64,000 nt of DNA from an uncultured Pseudomonadota bacterium (GTDB lineage: Bacteria > Pseudomonadota > Gammaproteobacteria > Ga0077536): contig CAIKBL010000041.1 in NCBI GenBank assembly GCA_903825645.1, forward strand, positions 8,375 to 72,374. The letters run 5' to 3'. Made by a program: the position numbers and the translations under genes. Under the pieces are notes generated by a model, which worked only from the letters and a program-made list of their open reading frames with translations, was not told the DNA's origin and ran no database searches. Shown here piece by piece: positions 31,958 through 42,282 of this stretch; within the stretch, counting starts at the first letter, position 1; the number at the start of each line of letters is the position of its first letter.

Positions 31958-34170
31958 ATGGATCCTTTCCCCGTTTTCTTAAAGTGGCGGTTTTTGCGCC
32001 ACTACGGAGTTTTTTTGACTACCTATATCCCACTCATTCGACCGACGCGATCGCTCCCGGATGTCGAGTGATGGTCCCTTTCGGCCGCAGCACACGAATT
32101 GGCATGGTAGTTGGCGCTGCCGAGACCAGTCATATCGACAAGCCAAAACTCAAAGCTATTTGCGAAGTCCTAGATCTGACGCCGATTATCGATCCCTCGT
32201 TGCTTTCGTTGGCGGCATGGGCAATCGACTATTATCACTGTCCCCCCGGGGAGGTGTACGAGGCACTGTTGCCCGGTGAATTACGTCGAGGAAATGCCCT
32301 CAGGACGTCCGAAAAAGAATTCTGGAAAATCACAGAATCCGGCAAAAAAATGCTCGTAACCGGCCACAAACTGGGCCCTCGCCAACGGGAAACTCTACTA
32401 CGGGCCTCCGACGGCGAACTTAGCCGTGACGCGTTAGGTAGCGAGCGGGTGACCTTGAACCGCGTGATAGCGGACTGCACGCGCCGAGGCTGGCTCTACT
32501 CGATGCGTCGGGCAGTCCTGCCTGATCCCCTCGTCATCCCGTACGATAACTTCTTGGCGCTTAACCCGGCCCAGACGGCGGCGATGACTCACCTCCAAGG
32601 CATCAAGACGGGATACCGGACGCATCTGCTGCATGGCGTAACGGGCAGCGGCAAAACCGAAATTTATTTGCATCTGGTTCGTGATGTCGTCGCTGTGGGC
32701 GGCCAGGCGTTGATCCTCATTCCTGAGATAGGGCTCACCGAGCAGTTGGTGAAGCGCTTTGAGGCGCGGTTTGGCACCCTCGTGGCCGTCCTTCATTCCG
32801 GTCTCGGAGAACGCGCCCGTGCGGAAGTCTGGCAACGCTGCAAGACACAGGAAATACGCGTCCTACTCGGCACACGCTCAGCGGTCTGGCTTCCCCTGCC
32901 CGAGCTGCGTCTGATCGTTGTCGATGAAGAGCACGATCAATCCTACAAGCAGCAAGAAGGTCTACGCTATTCGGCAAGAGACATTGCCGTTGTTCGCGCC
33001 CATCGCGTAGGGATCCCGATCGTGCTGGGATCTGCAACCCCATCGCTCGAATCGCTTTTAAACTGCGACCGCGGTAAGTATCAGTACGTCGCAATTCCTT
33101 CGCGTGCCGCAGGCGCCACCTTGCCTCGCATCCAGGTTTTGGATATCCGCGGGCTACACGTCGAAGCAGGACTCAGTGAGCCACTACAGGCGGCGATAAA
33201 GCTCCGGGCGTCGCGCGGAGAGCAATCACTAATATTTCTTAACAGACGCGGCTTTGCGCCTGTGGTGCTTTGCCACCGTTGTGGATGGATCGCAAGCTGT
33301 CCGCGTTGCGATGCTCGGCTGGTGATTCACAAGGAAGAACAACAGTTGCGGTGTCATCACTGCGGTACTGCGCGCAACCTAAAAGCACGGTTTGCAGGTC
33401 ACCCGTGTGGCGAATTGACTACCTTTGCCAGCGTCGGAGTAGGCACGGAACAACTTGAATCCGCAATGCCTATTCTTTTCCCAGGCTTGCGTGCCATACG
33501 GATCGATCGTGATTCGATGACGCGTAAGGGCGAGCTTGAGCGCGCTTTTGAGACCATCAATGCGGGGGACGTCGACATCTTGGTTGGGACCCAAATGATT
33601 GCGAAAGGGCATGACTTCTCGCGGGTAACGCTGGTGGGGATTGTGGATGGCGATAGCGGTCTTCTTGCAACCGATTTTCGAGCCGAAGAGCGCTTCGTGC
33701 AACTCATCATGCAAGTCGCGGGGCGCGCGGGGCGCGGCATAAACTCGGGAGAAGTTTTAATCCAGAGTCACCACCCGCATCACCCCGCATTCGAGTACCT
33801 GAAAAGGGGCGATTACCGCGAATTCGCCGACCACGCCCTGCGGGAGCGCAGCGCGGCAGAGCTGCCTCCCGAAACCACGCTGGCGCTACTGCGAGCAGAG
33901 GCGACGGAGCGTCCAATCCCGTTACGTTTCCTGCAGCAGCTTGTCGCGACACTCAAACCCCTGCTACCTGCGGGCGTTACCCTTGGAGGTCCTATTCCAG
34001 CGCTAATGGAGAGACGAATTGGCAAATTCAGGGCGAATCTACTTTTGACCTCCCATGATCGAGCCACACTGTCGGAAGCGATCACGCTCATGCTCCGTCA
34101 AATTGATCACTGCCCGCTCGCCAGAAAGGTCCGTTGGTCACTAGACGTAGACGCCCAGGAAATAGCGTGA
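31954..34170 (+). CDS. priA: primosomal protein N' (replication restart helicase)
   Basis: LHGVTGSGKTEIY Walker A, DEEH box, Cys-rich zinc-binding region (CHRCGWIASCPRCDARL..CHHCG); 738 aa. Confidence 0.92.
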   Translation: MNGSFPRFLKVAVFAPLRSFFDYLYPTHSTDAIAPGCRVMVPFGRSTRIGMVVGAAETSHIDKPKLKAICEVLDLTPIIDPSLLSLAAWAIDYYHCPPGEVYEALLPGELRRGNALRTSEKEFWKITESGKKMLVTGHKLGPRQRETLLRASDGELSRDALGSERVTLNRVIADCTRRGWLYSMRRAVLPDPLVIPYDNFLALNPAQTAAMTHLQGIKTGYRTHLLHGVTGSGKTEIYLHLVRDVVAVGGQALILIPEIGLTEQLVKRFEARFGTLVAVLHSGLGERARAEVWQRCKTQEIRVLLGTRSAVWLPLPELRLIVVDEEHDQSYKQQEGLRYSARDIAVVRAHRVGIPIVLGSATPSLESLLNCDRGKYQYVAIPSRAAGATLPRIQVLDIRGLHVEAGLSEPLQAAIKLRASRGEQSLIFLNRRGFAPVVLCHRCGWIASCPRCDARLVIHKEEQQLRCHHCGTARNLKARFAGHPCGELTTFASVGVGTEQLESAMPILFPGLRAIRIDRDSMTRKGELERAFETINAGDVDILVGTQMIAKGHDFSRVTLVGIVDGDSGLLATDFRAEERFVQLIMQVAGRAGRGINSGEVLIQSHHPHHPAFEYLKRGDYREFADHALRERSAAELPPETTLALLRAEATERPIPLRFLQQLVATLKPLLPAGVTLGGPIPALMERRIGKFRANLLLTSHDRATLSEAITLMLRQIDHCPLARKVRWSLDVDAQEIA

Positions 34171-34405
34171 GGCGGGCTGTTTTGGGAACGCGTGCAAAGC
34201 GCTGAGCCTTGTGCGGCGAAGGACGCGCGCGACCCACGGGACAATCGCCGGGATTTCCGTAATGGACAAACGCTGATACTGTTCCGGCCGCCTTACCCGA
34301 TGACCATGACGGCGGAACTCGCCGAAGCGTAAGATCGTAGGTCAAGTTGGCCGATCGGGAACCTAAGTGCCATGCATCGTGGTACCCCCCCGATGCCGAA
34401 AAGAG

Positions 34406-36178
34406 GTTGAATTGAAGGACAATATAAGAAGCCTAGTCGAACACGCCATGCAGCAGCTGGCAGCATCGGGCGCGCTCGTTGTGCCGGCACCCTTGCCAAG
34501 CATTGCTATCGAGCCTCCGCGACAGCCCGCGCATGGGGATTTCAGTTGCAATATTGGGATGCTCCTGGCCAAACCATGCCGGCAATCGCCCTTGGTGATT
34601 GCGGAATTGATTACAAGCCAACTCCGAAGTGATCCTGCGACCGACGCCGCCGGAATTGCACACATTGAAGTCGCCGCCCCCGGCTTTATCAATTTCCGCC
34701 TTCGGCAGGAAGCACTCTTCCAGAGTGTGGAAACACTACTTCGCGACCCGCTCAGTTGCGGCCGAAAATCGCTACAACAAAAATCTGGGCGGGTCCAAAT
34801 TGAGTTTGTCTCCGCGAATCCGACCGGACCATTGCACGTCGGTCACGGCCGTGGGGCTGCCTACGGTGCCGCGCTCCGCAACGTGATGCGCACTGCCGGC
34901 TACAACGTCAGCACCGAGTATTACGTAAATGATGCCGGACGGCAGATGGATATTCTGGCGCTGAGCGTCTGGTTACGTAATCTTGAGCAGGCGGGGATTG
35001 AAATGCATTTCCCCGCTAATGGCTATCGGGGGGATTACGTGGCCCAAATCGCGATTGACCTCGCAGAAAAATTCGGGCGCCGCTTTGTCCCCAACGAGAT
35101 ACGGCCGCCCGAGATCGGGGATCTCGTTAGTGAAGAAGAGGCGCTGGATATACGTGTCGCACATTGTCGTGCCGTCCTGGGCGAAGAAAATTACCGTCTC
35201 CTGCACGGGTTCGGCTGCTCCGCCATTCTCGAAGGGATAAAACAAGATTTGCTCGCCTTCGGTGTCACGATTGATAACTGGTACTCCGAGCGGTCCCTCA
35301 TCGAAAATGGCCAACTCGAAAATACGATGGCGCAGCTGCGTGCGACTGGTCATGTTTTCCGAAAAGACGGGGCCGAGTGGTTTCGGTCGACAGCGTTCAA
35401 TGACGAAAAAGATCGGGTGCTTATCCGGGAGAACGGCGCGCCTACCTATTTTGCCTCCGACGTGGCGTATCATGTTGACAAGTTTGCAAGGGGGTTCGAC
35501 CACCTGATCAATATCTGGGGTGCGGACCACCATGGTTATATCGCGCGCGTCAAAGCGACGTTGCAAGCGTTGGAGCTTGACCCGAACCGGCTCGAAATCC
35601 TGCTGGTCCAGTTCGCGAGCCTATTCAGGGGTGGCGAAAAAGTCCAAATGTCGACTCGTTCGGGCGAATTCGTCACCCTCAGCGCACTTATCGACGAAGT
35701 CGGGGTCGACGCCGCGCGCTACTTCTACAGCAGTCGACGTTCAGATCAGCATCTCGATTTCGATCTCGATCTCGCCAAAGCTCAAAATCAGGATAATCCG
35801 GTCTACTATTTACAGTATGCCCATGCGCGCATTTGCAGCGTTTTCCGTCAGGTTGCCCAACAGTGGGGGCCCTGCGAACCGGCACACGGGATCGAGCACC
35901 TGGCACGTCTCGTTGAACCAAGAGAGCATCAGCTGGCGGCCTTACTCGCGCGCTACGCGGATGTGATCACCGGCGCGGCAGCGCAACGGGAACCCCATAC
36001 AATCGCTAATTTCCTACGTGAAGTTGCAACTGAATACCATGCTTTCTATAACAATCACAAGATAAATGTGGATGATGTGCCGCTGCGGCAGGCACGACTC
36101 GCGCTGTGTGAAGCAGTTCGATTGGTCCTCTCACATGGACTATCCCTATTGGGCGTATCAGCGCCCCGGGAAATGTAA
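34406..36178 (+). CDS. argS: arginine--tRNA ligase
   Basis: Class I HIGH motif (PTGPLHVGHGRGA), anticodon-binding DALR domain; exact start uncertain (GTG 34367 per ORF track, or GTG 34406 / TTG 34412). Confidence 0.9.
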   Translation, partial: VELKDNIRSLVEHAMQQLAASGALVVPAPLPSIAIEPPRQPAHGDFSCNIGMLLAKPCRQSPLVIAELITSQLRSDPATDAAGIAHIEVAAPGFINFRLRQEALFQSVETLLRDPLSCGRKSLQQKSGRVQIEFVSANPTGPLHVGHGRGAAYGAALRNVMRTAGYNVSTEYYVNDAGRQMDILALSVWLRNLEQAGIEMHFPANGYRGDYVAQIAIDLAEKFGRRFVPNEIRPPEIGDLVSEEEALDIRVAHCRAVLGEENYRLLHGFGCSAILEGIKQDLLAFGVTIDNWYSERSLIENGQLENTMAQLRATGHVFRKDGAEWFRSTAFNDEKDRVLIRENGAPTYFASDVAYHVDKFARGFDHLINIWGADHHGYIARVKATLQALELDPNRLEILLVQFASLFRGGEKVQMSTRSGEFVTLSALIDEVGVDAARYFYSSRRSDQHLDFDLDLAKAQNQDNPVYYLQYAHARICSVFRQVAQQWGPCEPAHGIEHLARLVEPREHQLAALLARYADVITGAAAQREPHTIANFLREVATEYHAFYNNHKINVDDVPLRQARLALCEAVRLVLSHGLSLLGVSAPREM

Positions 36179-36894
36179 TGGCGCGAGATTACAAAAAGAC
36201 CACCCAACGTCAAACCAAAGGACGGCGCCCGGGCAGCTGGCTGTCGTTTCTGACAGGACTTGCGATGGGACTGGCGGGCATGCTGGTCTATCTTTGGCTT
36301 CAGCATACCCATATCGCGCCCATGCCGGCACCCAGTCAGACCCAAGTCCACACCCCTGCAGCCGAACCCGCGGCGCCGCCCACGCCGCCTGTCGAGGAGC
36401 CGGTGGTCAGCGATCTCCCCGCGCAAGAGCAAGAACAACTTGCATTGCCCAAGTTTGATTTTTACAAAATTCTCCCCGGTGTCGAGGTGAAAGTTCCGGA
36501 CGCAGAGCTAGTCGCCCCGAAAGCCGATGAGCGACCCGCTCAGAAAATCGTCTCAGCCGCGAAGCCGCCACCGAACAACACCGTGCCAAGCCCGACGGCG
36601 ACAGGGGTGACGGCGGCCGCACCGGCTACTGCGGTGCCGGCCACGTACATTTTGCAAGTAGGCGCATTCCAGACTTTTGACGAGGCAGACCAATCCAAAG
36701 CCCAACTCGCGCTACAGGGTATACAGGCTAAAATCCAGCGCGTGCTGATGAATGGAAAGGAAGTCTGGCAAAGGGTACAGGTAGGTCCATTTCAGAACGT
36801 GAACGAGGCTCAGCAGATGCGCGCACGGCTGTCCCAGCTTGGAGTGCACACGGTACTAACGAAAGTAGGCGGCTCGCCCTCCCCCAAACCCTGA
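36178..36894 (+). CDS. SPOR-domain cell-division protein (FtsN-like)
   Basis: Short basic N-terminus, one TM (WLSFLTGLAMGLAGMLVYLWL), Pro/Ala-rich linker, C-terminal SPOR fold (YILQVGAF...QRVQVGPF); ATG overlaps argS stop. Confidence 0.75.
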   Translation: MARDYKKTTQRQTKGRRPGSWLSFLTGLAMGLAGMLVYLWLQHTHIAPMPAPSQTQVHTPAAEPAAPPTPPVEEPVVSDLPAQEQEQLALPKFDFYKILPGVEVKVPDAELVAPKADERPAQKIVSAAKPPPNNTVPSPTATGVTAAAPATAVPATYILQVGAFQTFDEADQSKAQLALQGIQAKIQRVLMNGKEVWQRVQVGPFQNVNEAQQMRARLSQLGVHTVLTKVGGSPSPKP

Positions 36895-36974
36895 CGCGAT
36901 TAAGGGCGGTCGATCGTGTTTTCCGGTCAGCCACCGCTCACATCCGAGGCTTTCCAGGAACGAAACGCAAAAGT

Positions 36975-37048
36975 TGGAGCGGGTGATGGGAATCGAACCC
37001 ACGCTATCAGCTTGGGAAGCTGAAGTTCTGCCATTGAACTACACCCGC
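36975..37048 (-). tRNA. tRNA-Gly, anticodon CCC
   Basis: Reverse complement GCGGGTG-TA-GTTC-AATGGC-AGAAC-T-TCAGC/TTCCCAA/GCTGA-TAGC-GTGGG-TTCGATT-CCCAT-CACCCGC-TCCA; near-identical architecture to E. coli glyU tRNA. Confidence 0.88.
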
Positions 37049-37233
37049 GGCAAGGGTGCCATTCTAGACATTTGTCGGACGCCGTCAAAGCCACCGTTCA
37101 TTTCGATGAAATCTAGCGGTGGAACTGGTTTGCCGACATCCGCCGTAATCGTTGCTCGCCACTAAGCGTCGGCTTGCCTTATAGTGATGCCAATGGGCGC
37201 TCCCCCAATGTACCCCCTTGTTCGAGATTTTTA

Positions 37234-37653
37234 ATGGCATCTTCCACCACCACGTCTGCGTTCCCCCTCGTGGTAGCCGTAGATGACAGCTCGGCCATGC
37301 GCGTTTTCTTCGAGCAGGCGGTTGCTGGTCTCGGCGTCGATTTGCGTACCTTTCCATCGGCCGCGGCCGCAGCGGCGTGTCTAGATACGCACCAACCTGC
37401 GTTGCTTTTTCTGGATATCATCATGCCCGCAAAAGACGGGTTAACTTATTTGCAGGAACTGCGCCTGACTTCGTTGCACGAAAAGACACAGACAATCGTC
37501 GTGAGTTCCAAGGACTATGCCCAAGATCGGGCCTCGGCAAAGGATCTTGGCGTCCTAGAGTTCGTCGCCAAACCAATCACGAGCCGTCAGCTGGCTGAGT
37601 TAATTAGTCGATATACTGGAGCACGCGCCATAGATGAAAGCACACGCGCATGA
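37234..37653 (+). CDS. single-domain response regulator receiver (CheY-like)
   Basis: All REC signature residues present (VAVDDS acidic pair, LLFLDIIMP phospho-Asp, VVSS, VAKP Lys); no output domain; stop overlaps next gene start (ATGA). Confidence 0.8.
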   Translation: MASSTTTSAFPLVVAVDDSSAMRVFFEQAVAGLGVDLRTFPSAAAAAACLDTHQPALLFLDIIMPAKDGLTYLQELRLTSLHEKTQTIVVSSKDYAQDRASAKDLGVLEFVAKPITSRQLAELISRYTGARAIDESTRA

Positions 37654-38558
37654 GTGAAAACTATCTGCGCTTTTGGGGGGTTCGGGGTTCCTATGCCTCA
37701 CCGCAGACAGATAAACTCGGCGTTGGGGGTAATACCTCGTGCGTCGAGATTCGGGCTGGGAATCACCTGCTTATTTGCGATGGCGGAACAGGCATCATCC
37801 CGCTCGGAGACCTCTTGATATCGGAGTCGCCGACGCCGGAAACACTAATAGTCTTCACGCATTACCACTGGGATCACATTTGCGGATTGCCTTTTTTTCA
37901 GCCCGCTTTTTCCGCCGAATGGAAAATTCGATTTTTCGGTCCTGGGCAAAATGTGGGCGATATTGAGCAACGACTTTCAAATCAAATGAAATCGCCCTAT
38001 TTCCCCATCGAAATAGGAAGCTGGGCTGCAGATATTGAATATGTAAAACCGATCGAGGGGAAAATTCCGCATGGTCCCTTCGATGTGAGCTATCACAACG
38101 TGCATCATCCCGGCACAACCTATGGCTATCGGGTGGAGATTGCTGGCAAAGTCATTATCTACATGCCCGATAACGAAATTGATTTTCTGCGCTCCTCAAT
38201 TGCACAGCGAACGGACGAATTTACCGAAGAAGAACACCAAATGATTGCCCGCATTCAGCGCGAAGAACGTGACGTCGAGCTGAGCGGGGTTAGACGGGCA
38301 GATATCCTCATCCACGATGCACAATATACCCCTGAGGACTACTCGAAAAAGCGCGGATGGGGGCATTCCTGTTATGTCGATGTGGTAAATTTTGCTATCG
38401 ATGCGGAGATTAAAGTGCTCTATTTGTATCATCATGATCCTGGTCACAACGATGTCCAGATAGCGACCATCCATCAAGAATGCCTGGCTCTGGTGGCCGA
38501 ACGTGGTTCCAGCTTACAGATTCACGTTGCCCGTGAGGGCGCCAAAATTCCTTTGTAG
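37650..38558 (+). CDS. MBL-fold metallo-hydrolase, PhnP/PqqB-like subgroup (putative phosphodiesterase)
   Basis: THYHWDH metal-binding motif, N-terminal GxxG..C..DxG pattern and late His/Asp ligands resembling PhnP/PqqB-type MBL phosphodiesterases; 302 aa. Confidence 0.75.
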   Translation: MSENYLRFWGVRGSYASPQTDKLGVGGNTSCVEIRAGNHLLICDGGTGIIPLGDLLISESPTPETLIVFTHYHWDHICGLPFFQPAFSAEWKIRFFGPGQNVGDIEQRLSNQMKSPYFPIEIGSWAADIEYVKPIEGKIPHGPFDVSYHNVHHPGTTYGYRVEIAGKVIIYMPDNEIDFLRSSIAQRTDEFTEEEHQMIARIQREERDVELSGVRRADILIHDAQYTPEDYSKKRGWGHSCYVDVVNFAIDAEIKVLYLYHHDPGHNDVQIATIHQECLALVAERGSSLQIHVAREGAKIPL

Positions 38559-38575
38559 CCAAGGGTGATATCCGG

Positions 38576-38773
38576 ATGCAATTAGTCATCAACGGCGCAC
38601 CCCGTCAAGTTAGCGAAAACCTGTCGATCACTGAACTTCTCGTGACACTCGCCATCCAGGGTCGCCTAGCGGTCGAAGTGAATGGGGAGATTGTGCCTAG
38701 AAGCGGTTTTAGCGCGTATTATTTGACGGCTAACGATACGGTTGAGATCGTCAAGGCCATTGGCGGCGGTTGA
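38576..38773 (+). CDS. thiS: thiamine biosynthesis sulfur carrier protein ThiS
   Basis: 65 aa ending in GG (..KAIGGG), ubiquitin-like; immediately upstream of thiG. Confidence 0.85.
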   Translation: MQLVINGAPRQVSENLSITELLVTLAIQGRLAVEVNGEIVPRSGFSAYYLTANDTVEIVKAIGGG

Positions 38774-38817
38774 CACCCAAGACCAACGACACGTCCGCCA
38801 TGCCCGGATAATTACTT

Positions 38818-39627
38818 ATGAACGAACAAACTCAAATGTCTGCGGAGACCGATGATCTCGTGATCGCTGGGGTGAACTATAAGTCGCGACTACTCGTCGG
38901 TACCGGCAAATATCGCGATTTTGCGCAGACGCAGATGGCGATTGAGGTGAGCGGGGCAGAAATCGTCACAGTCGCCATCCGCCGTACAAACCTCGGCCAG
39001 AACGCTGGGGAGCCGAACCTACTTGACTATATAACGCCGGATCGCTTCACGATTCTGCCCAACACGGCAGGTTGCTACGATGCCGACACAGCTGTTCGGA
39101 CCTGCCGGCTCGCACGTGAAATTCTCGATGGGCACCGGCTAGTCAAACTTGAAGTTTTGGGCGATCAGAAAACGCTGTATCCAGATATTGTCGAGACGCT
39201 ACGCGCTGCAGAAATACTGTGTCGGGAGGGTTTTGAAGTTATGGTGTATACCACCGACGATCCCATCATCGCTCGACGCCTGGAAGCCATCGGCTGTGTC
39301 GCCATTATGCCGCTGGCGGCACCTATTGGTTCGGGACTCGGACTACAGAATCGTTTTACCATTCGAGAAATCGTCGAGACCGTTCGCGTACCGGTCATCG
39401 TTGACGCTGGCGTCGGCACAGCGTCCGACGCCAGTATCGCCATGGAGCTCGGTTGCGACGCGGTGCTCATGAATACCGCCATTGCGGAGGCTCGCGACCC
39501 GGTGAAGATGGCAAGCGCTATGCGACATGCGATCGTCGCAGGTCGCCTCGCCTATCAGGCTGGTCGTATGCCTCGTCGCACTCACGCCGCGGCATCTTCT
39601 CCCCTCGACGGCACTTTCTTCACCTAA
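38818..39627 (+). CDS. thiG: thiazole synthase
   Basis: TGKY.. start region, Schiff-base Lys region, 269 aa TIM-barrel ThiG pattern. Confidence 0.92.
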   Translation: MNEQTQMSAETDDLVIAGVNYKSRLLVGTGKYRDFAQTQMAIEVSGAEIVTVAIRRTNLGQNAGEPNLLDYITPDRFTILPNTAGCYDADTAVRTCRLAREILDGHRLVKLEVLGDQKTLYPDIVETLRAAEILCREGFEVMVYTTDDPIIARRLEAIGCVAIMPLAAPIGSGLGLQNRFTIREIVETVRVPVIVDAGVGTASDASIAMELGCDAVLMNTAIAEARDPVKMASAMRHAIVAGRLAYQAGRMPRRTHAAASSPLDGTFFT

Positions 39628-39631
39628 AGCG

Positions 39632-40345
39632 GTGTCCTCAGACCATCCCCCACAGGCCTACCGCGGCATTCAGAGTTTTGTTCGCCGAGAGGGCCGCATG
39701 ACCGCTGCGCAGCAGCGCGCAATCGAGAGTCTGCTGCCGAGATTCGAAATCGAGGACTCTATACTTCCGATCGACCTCTCCACTACATTTCCGGACAAAG
39801 CGCCGTTCTATCTCGAAATCGGCGTGGGAAATGGGATCTGCGTCCTTAATTGTGCCGAAGGCAACCCTGACAACAATTATCTAGGGGTCGAGGTGCATCG
39901 ACCCGGCGTCGGCTATCTCCTGAACCAAGCGCAGACTGCCGGAGTATCCAACCTGCGTGTGTGTATACAAGACGTTCAGCAGGTCCTCGCACGTTTACCC
40001 GCAGAATGTCTCACGGTGGTCTACATCTTTTTCCCGGATCCCTGGCCTAAAAAACGGCACCATAAAAGGCGCTTGGTGCGTGCGGCGCTACTTTCCGCCT
40101 TACAGCGGACTTTGCACCGACATGGTCGCGTCTATATCGCAACCGACAGTAGTGATTACGCCACGGACATTCAGGCCGAATTGGTCGGCCAACCTTGTTG
40201 GCTCAACCTCGCAGGTCCCGACACCTTTGCGTCTCGCCCCAAGGCGCGAATCAGAACGCGCTTTGAAGCCCGTGCCATCCAGGATGGACGCACGGTTTAC
40301 GAGTTCGTGCTGGCAAAAGCCATGACCGGCGTACCCCGCGACTAG
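39632..40345 (+). CDS. trmB: tRNA (guanine46-N7)-methyltransferase
   Basis: IQSFVRREGRMT N-terminal motif aligns with E. coli TrmB IRSFVRRQGRLT; SAM-binding LEIGVGNG; start probably GTG 39632 (the long ORF at 39527 overlaps thiG). Confidence 0.85.
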   Translation: MSSDHPPQAYRGIQSFVRREGRMTAAQQRAIESLLPRFEIEDSILPIDLSTTFPDKAPFYLEIGVGNGICVLNCAEGNPDNNYLGVEVHRPGVGYLLNQAQTAGVSNLRVCIQDVQQVLARLPAECLTVVYIFFPDPWPKKRHHKRRLVRAALLSALQRTLHRHGRVYIATDSSDYATDIQAELVGQPCWLNLAGPDTFASRPKARIRTRFEARAIQDGRTVYEFVLAKAMTGVPRD

Positions 40346-41010
40346 TTAACCCCTGCAGATAACCACGGGATGAGTTCGGCGAGACTCTCGACACTCGCGA
40401 ATTCGGGAAAGCTTTTCGGCAGGCCCGTGCTGCTCGGCGTGCGAACCCCAAACACATGTCGTACCCCGAAGCGGTGTGCCGTAGCGAGCACCGCCGGGTT
40501 ATCGTCCACCAAGATCGCGAGACCCGGATCGACACGCTCAGTGGCGACCAGTTGTGTCCAGAAGAGAGGATCTTCTTTCGCCGCCCCTAGACTATGTGCA
40601 CTGATCACCGCACTAAAATAATGGCGCAAACCTGTACGGACCATTTTACGTTCCAAGCTGACGGGGTGGGCGTTCGTGGCAAGAATAGTGCGATAAGCGT
40701 TCGCCTGTGTAAATTTCAGAAAATCCAATGTGCCCGCGCGCAAGTCGATAAAATGGGCGAGTTCGATTTCCAACTCATGCACGGAAATACCGAATTCACG
40801 CTCCCAATGATCATGACAATACCAGGGAAGGGTTCCACGGACGCTACCTAACGTCTCTGCCACTCGCAGGCGTGCCGCTTCGACTGAGTCCCCATCCCGT
40901 GCCGCCAGCGCCGCCGGTAGCGCGTAATTCCAGACCTGATCATCGAAATTAAGATCGAGTAGCGTACCGTCCATATCAAGGATCACCGTGTAGGCTATCG
41001 AGGCACTCAT
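40342..41010 (-). CDS. HAD-superfamily hydrolase (subfamily IA)
   Basis: N-terminal DMDGTLLD motif I, later S/T, K and DD motifs; 222 aa. Confidence 0.8.
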   Translation of the reverse strand: MSASIAYTVILDMDGTLLDLNFDDQVWNYALPAALAARDGDSVEAARLRVAETLGSVRGTLPWYCHDHWEREFGISVHELEIELAHFIDLRAGTLDFLKFTQANAYRTILATNAHPVSLERKMVRTGLRHYFSAVISAHSLGAAKEDPLFWTQLVATERVDPGLAILVDDNPAVLATAHRFGVRHVFGVRTPSSTGLPKSFPEFASVESLAELIPWLSAGVN

Positions 41011-41049
41011 GTCAGGCCCCCGGCTTCAGGCATGGGATCACCTCGTTAT

Positions 41050-42132
41050 TCACGGGGAGCGCGGTCGAACCATGAGCATTGCCTGTGGGTATTTTTCCCG
41101 CAGGGCAGTGGCACGCGCTTCGGCCCGTGTGATTTCGACAGCGGACATTTTGGTATGGACCTTGGCGAGATTCTGATTCGCGACTAACTCGCCATTTATG
41201 GCAGATAAAGAAAACCAGGCGGCCGCCTCGACCAGATCACGTGGGACCCCTAAGCCTCGCGTATACACATTACCCAAGTTCAATTGTGCGAGAGAGGAGC
41301 CTTGCCGACTGGCCTGCTGCAGCCAGAAGCGACCTTCCTCGTAATCATTCGGTACCCCCCGACCGGCGATATACATCAGTCCCAGCTGACATTGCGCCGT
41401 GGGATTTCCAGCTTCGGCCAGCGGTTTGAACAGCGTCAACGCTTTAACGGCTGCCTCCGCCTCGTCGCCATGCTCCAGATAGACCTGCCCCATTAACAGC
41501 GCTGCGTCGTCTGAACCCTGTCTGATTTGTGTCAAAGCAGTCATCGCACGGGTTTCATCGCGTGGACCACCTTTGCCGGCTAATTGCATGGCTGCCAGAT
41601 TATAAATAGCTGACACAAGTCCCTGATCTGCAGCTCGCCCAAACCATTGCCGTGCCCGCTGATAATCCTGCGTCACCCCATTCCCACGGTAATAGAAAAG
41701 CGCCGTAAAAAATTGTGCTTCACGTTCTCCATCGGCCGCCGCCGCTTCCATCCAGCGCGCGGCGACAACCGGATCTTCCACAACCCCATACCCACGTAGA
41801 TAAATCATACCGAGGTTTTGTTTAGCGACCGGAAAACCCTGTTTCGCCGCTTGCTCGAACCATTTTCTGGCCAAATCAAAATTCCGTGCGGTACCTTTTC
41901 CCTTTAGGTAGAGAGCGCCCAAATTATTTTCAGCAACCGGATCGCCATTCACCGCCCGTTCCGCAAAAAGGCGAAATGCCGCCTCATTACTCCCCGGCAA
42001 GGGCGCCGGCCCGGAGGATTCAGCGGCCGTAACCATCCTCGAAAAAAAACACCCGCCAAACACCAGGAATACGACTGCTCGAAGGCAAATTGGGTTACCA
42101 CATCCACTGAGAAGAAGTCTTATGCCGCGCAT
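41050..42132 (-). CDS. secreted Sel1-like repeat (SLR/TPR-like) protein
   Basis: N-terminal hydrophobic signal-like segment; ~7 tandem Sel1 repeats (NNLGALYLKGKGTARNFDLARKWFEQAA.., AQLNLGNVYTRGLGVPRDLVEAAAWF..). Confidence 0.75.
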   Translation of the reverse strand: MRGIRLLLSGCGNPICLRAVVFLVFGGCFFSRMVTAAESSGPAPLPGSNEAAFRLFAERAVNGDPVAENNLGALYLKGKGTARNFDLARKWFEQAAKQGFPVAKQNLGMIYLRGYGVVEDPVVAARWMEAAAADGEREAQFFTALFYYRGNGVTQDYQRARQWFGRAADQGLVSAIYNLAAMQLAGKGGPRDETRAMTALTQIRQGSDDAALLMGQVYLEHGDEAEAAVKALTLFKPLAEAGNPTAQCQLGLMYIAGRGVPNDYEEGRFWLQQASRQGSSLAQLNLGNVYTRGLGVPRDLVEAAAWFSLSAINGELVANQNLAKVHTKMSAVEITRAEARATALREKYPQAMLMVRPRSP

Positions 42133-42282
42133 CAGAATCTATTGTCCGGCGGCTCCCTGTCGACCCAGAATCGACAAGTGCCTTTGCGATGAACATTACG
42201 AAAAGACAAGATCATCATCGGGTACGCTAACTTTTGACACGATAGTCTCGAGAAACGGCGCGCCACCGACAGGCGTTCCGAT

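Noticed and set aside
34973-35566. 197-aa minus-strand ORF
   Set aside because: Antisense within argS.
36974-37165. 63-aa plus-strand ORF (MERVMGIEPTLSAWEAEV..)
   Set aside because: Its first 75 nt are the complement of tRNA-Gly(CCC); this is an artefact of translating a tRNA gene.
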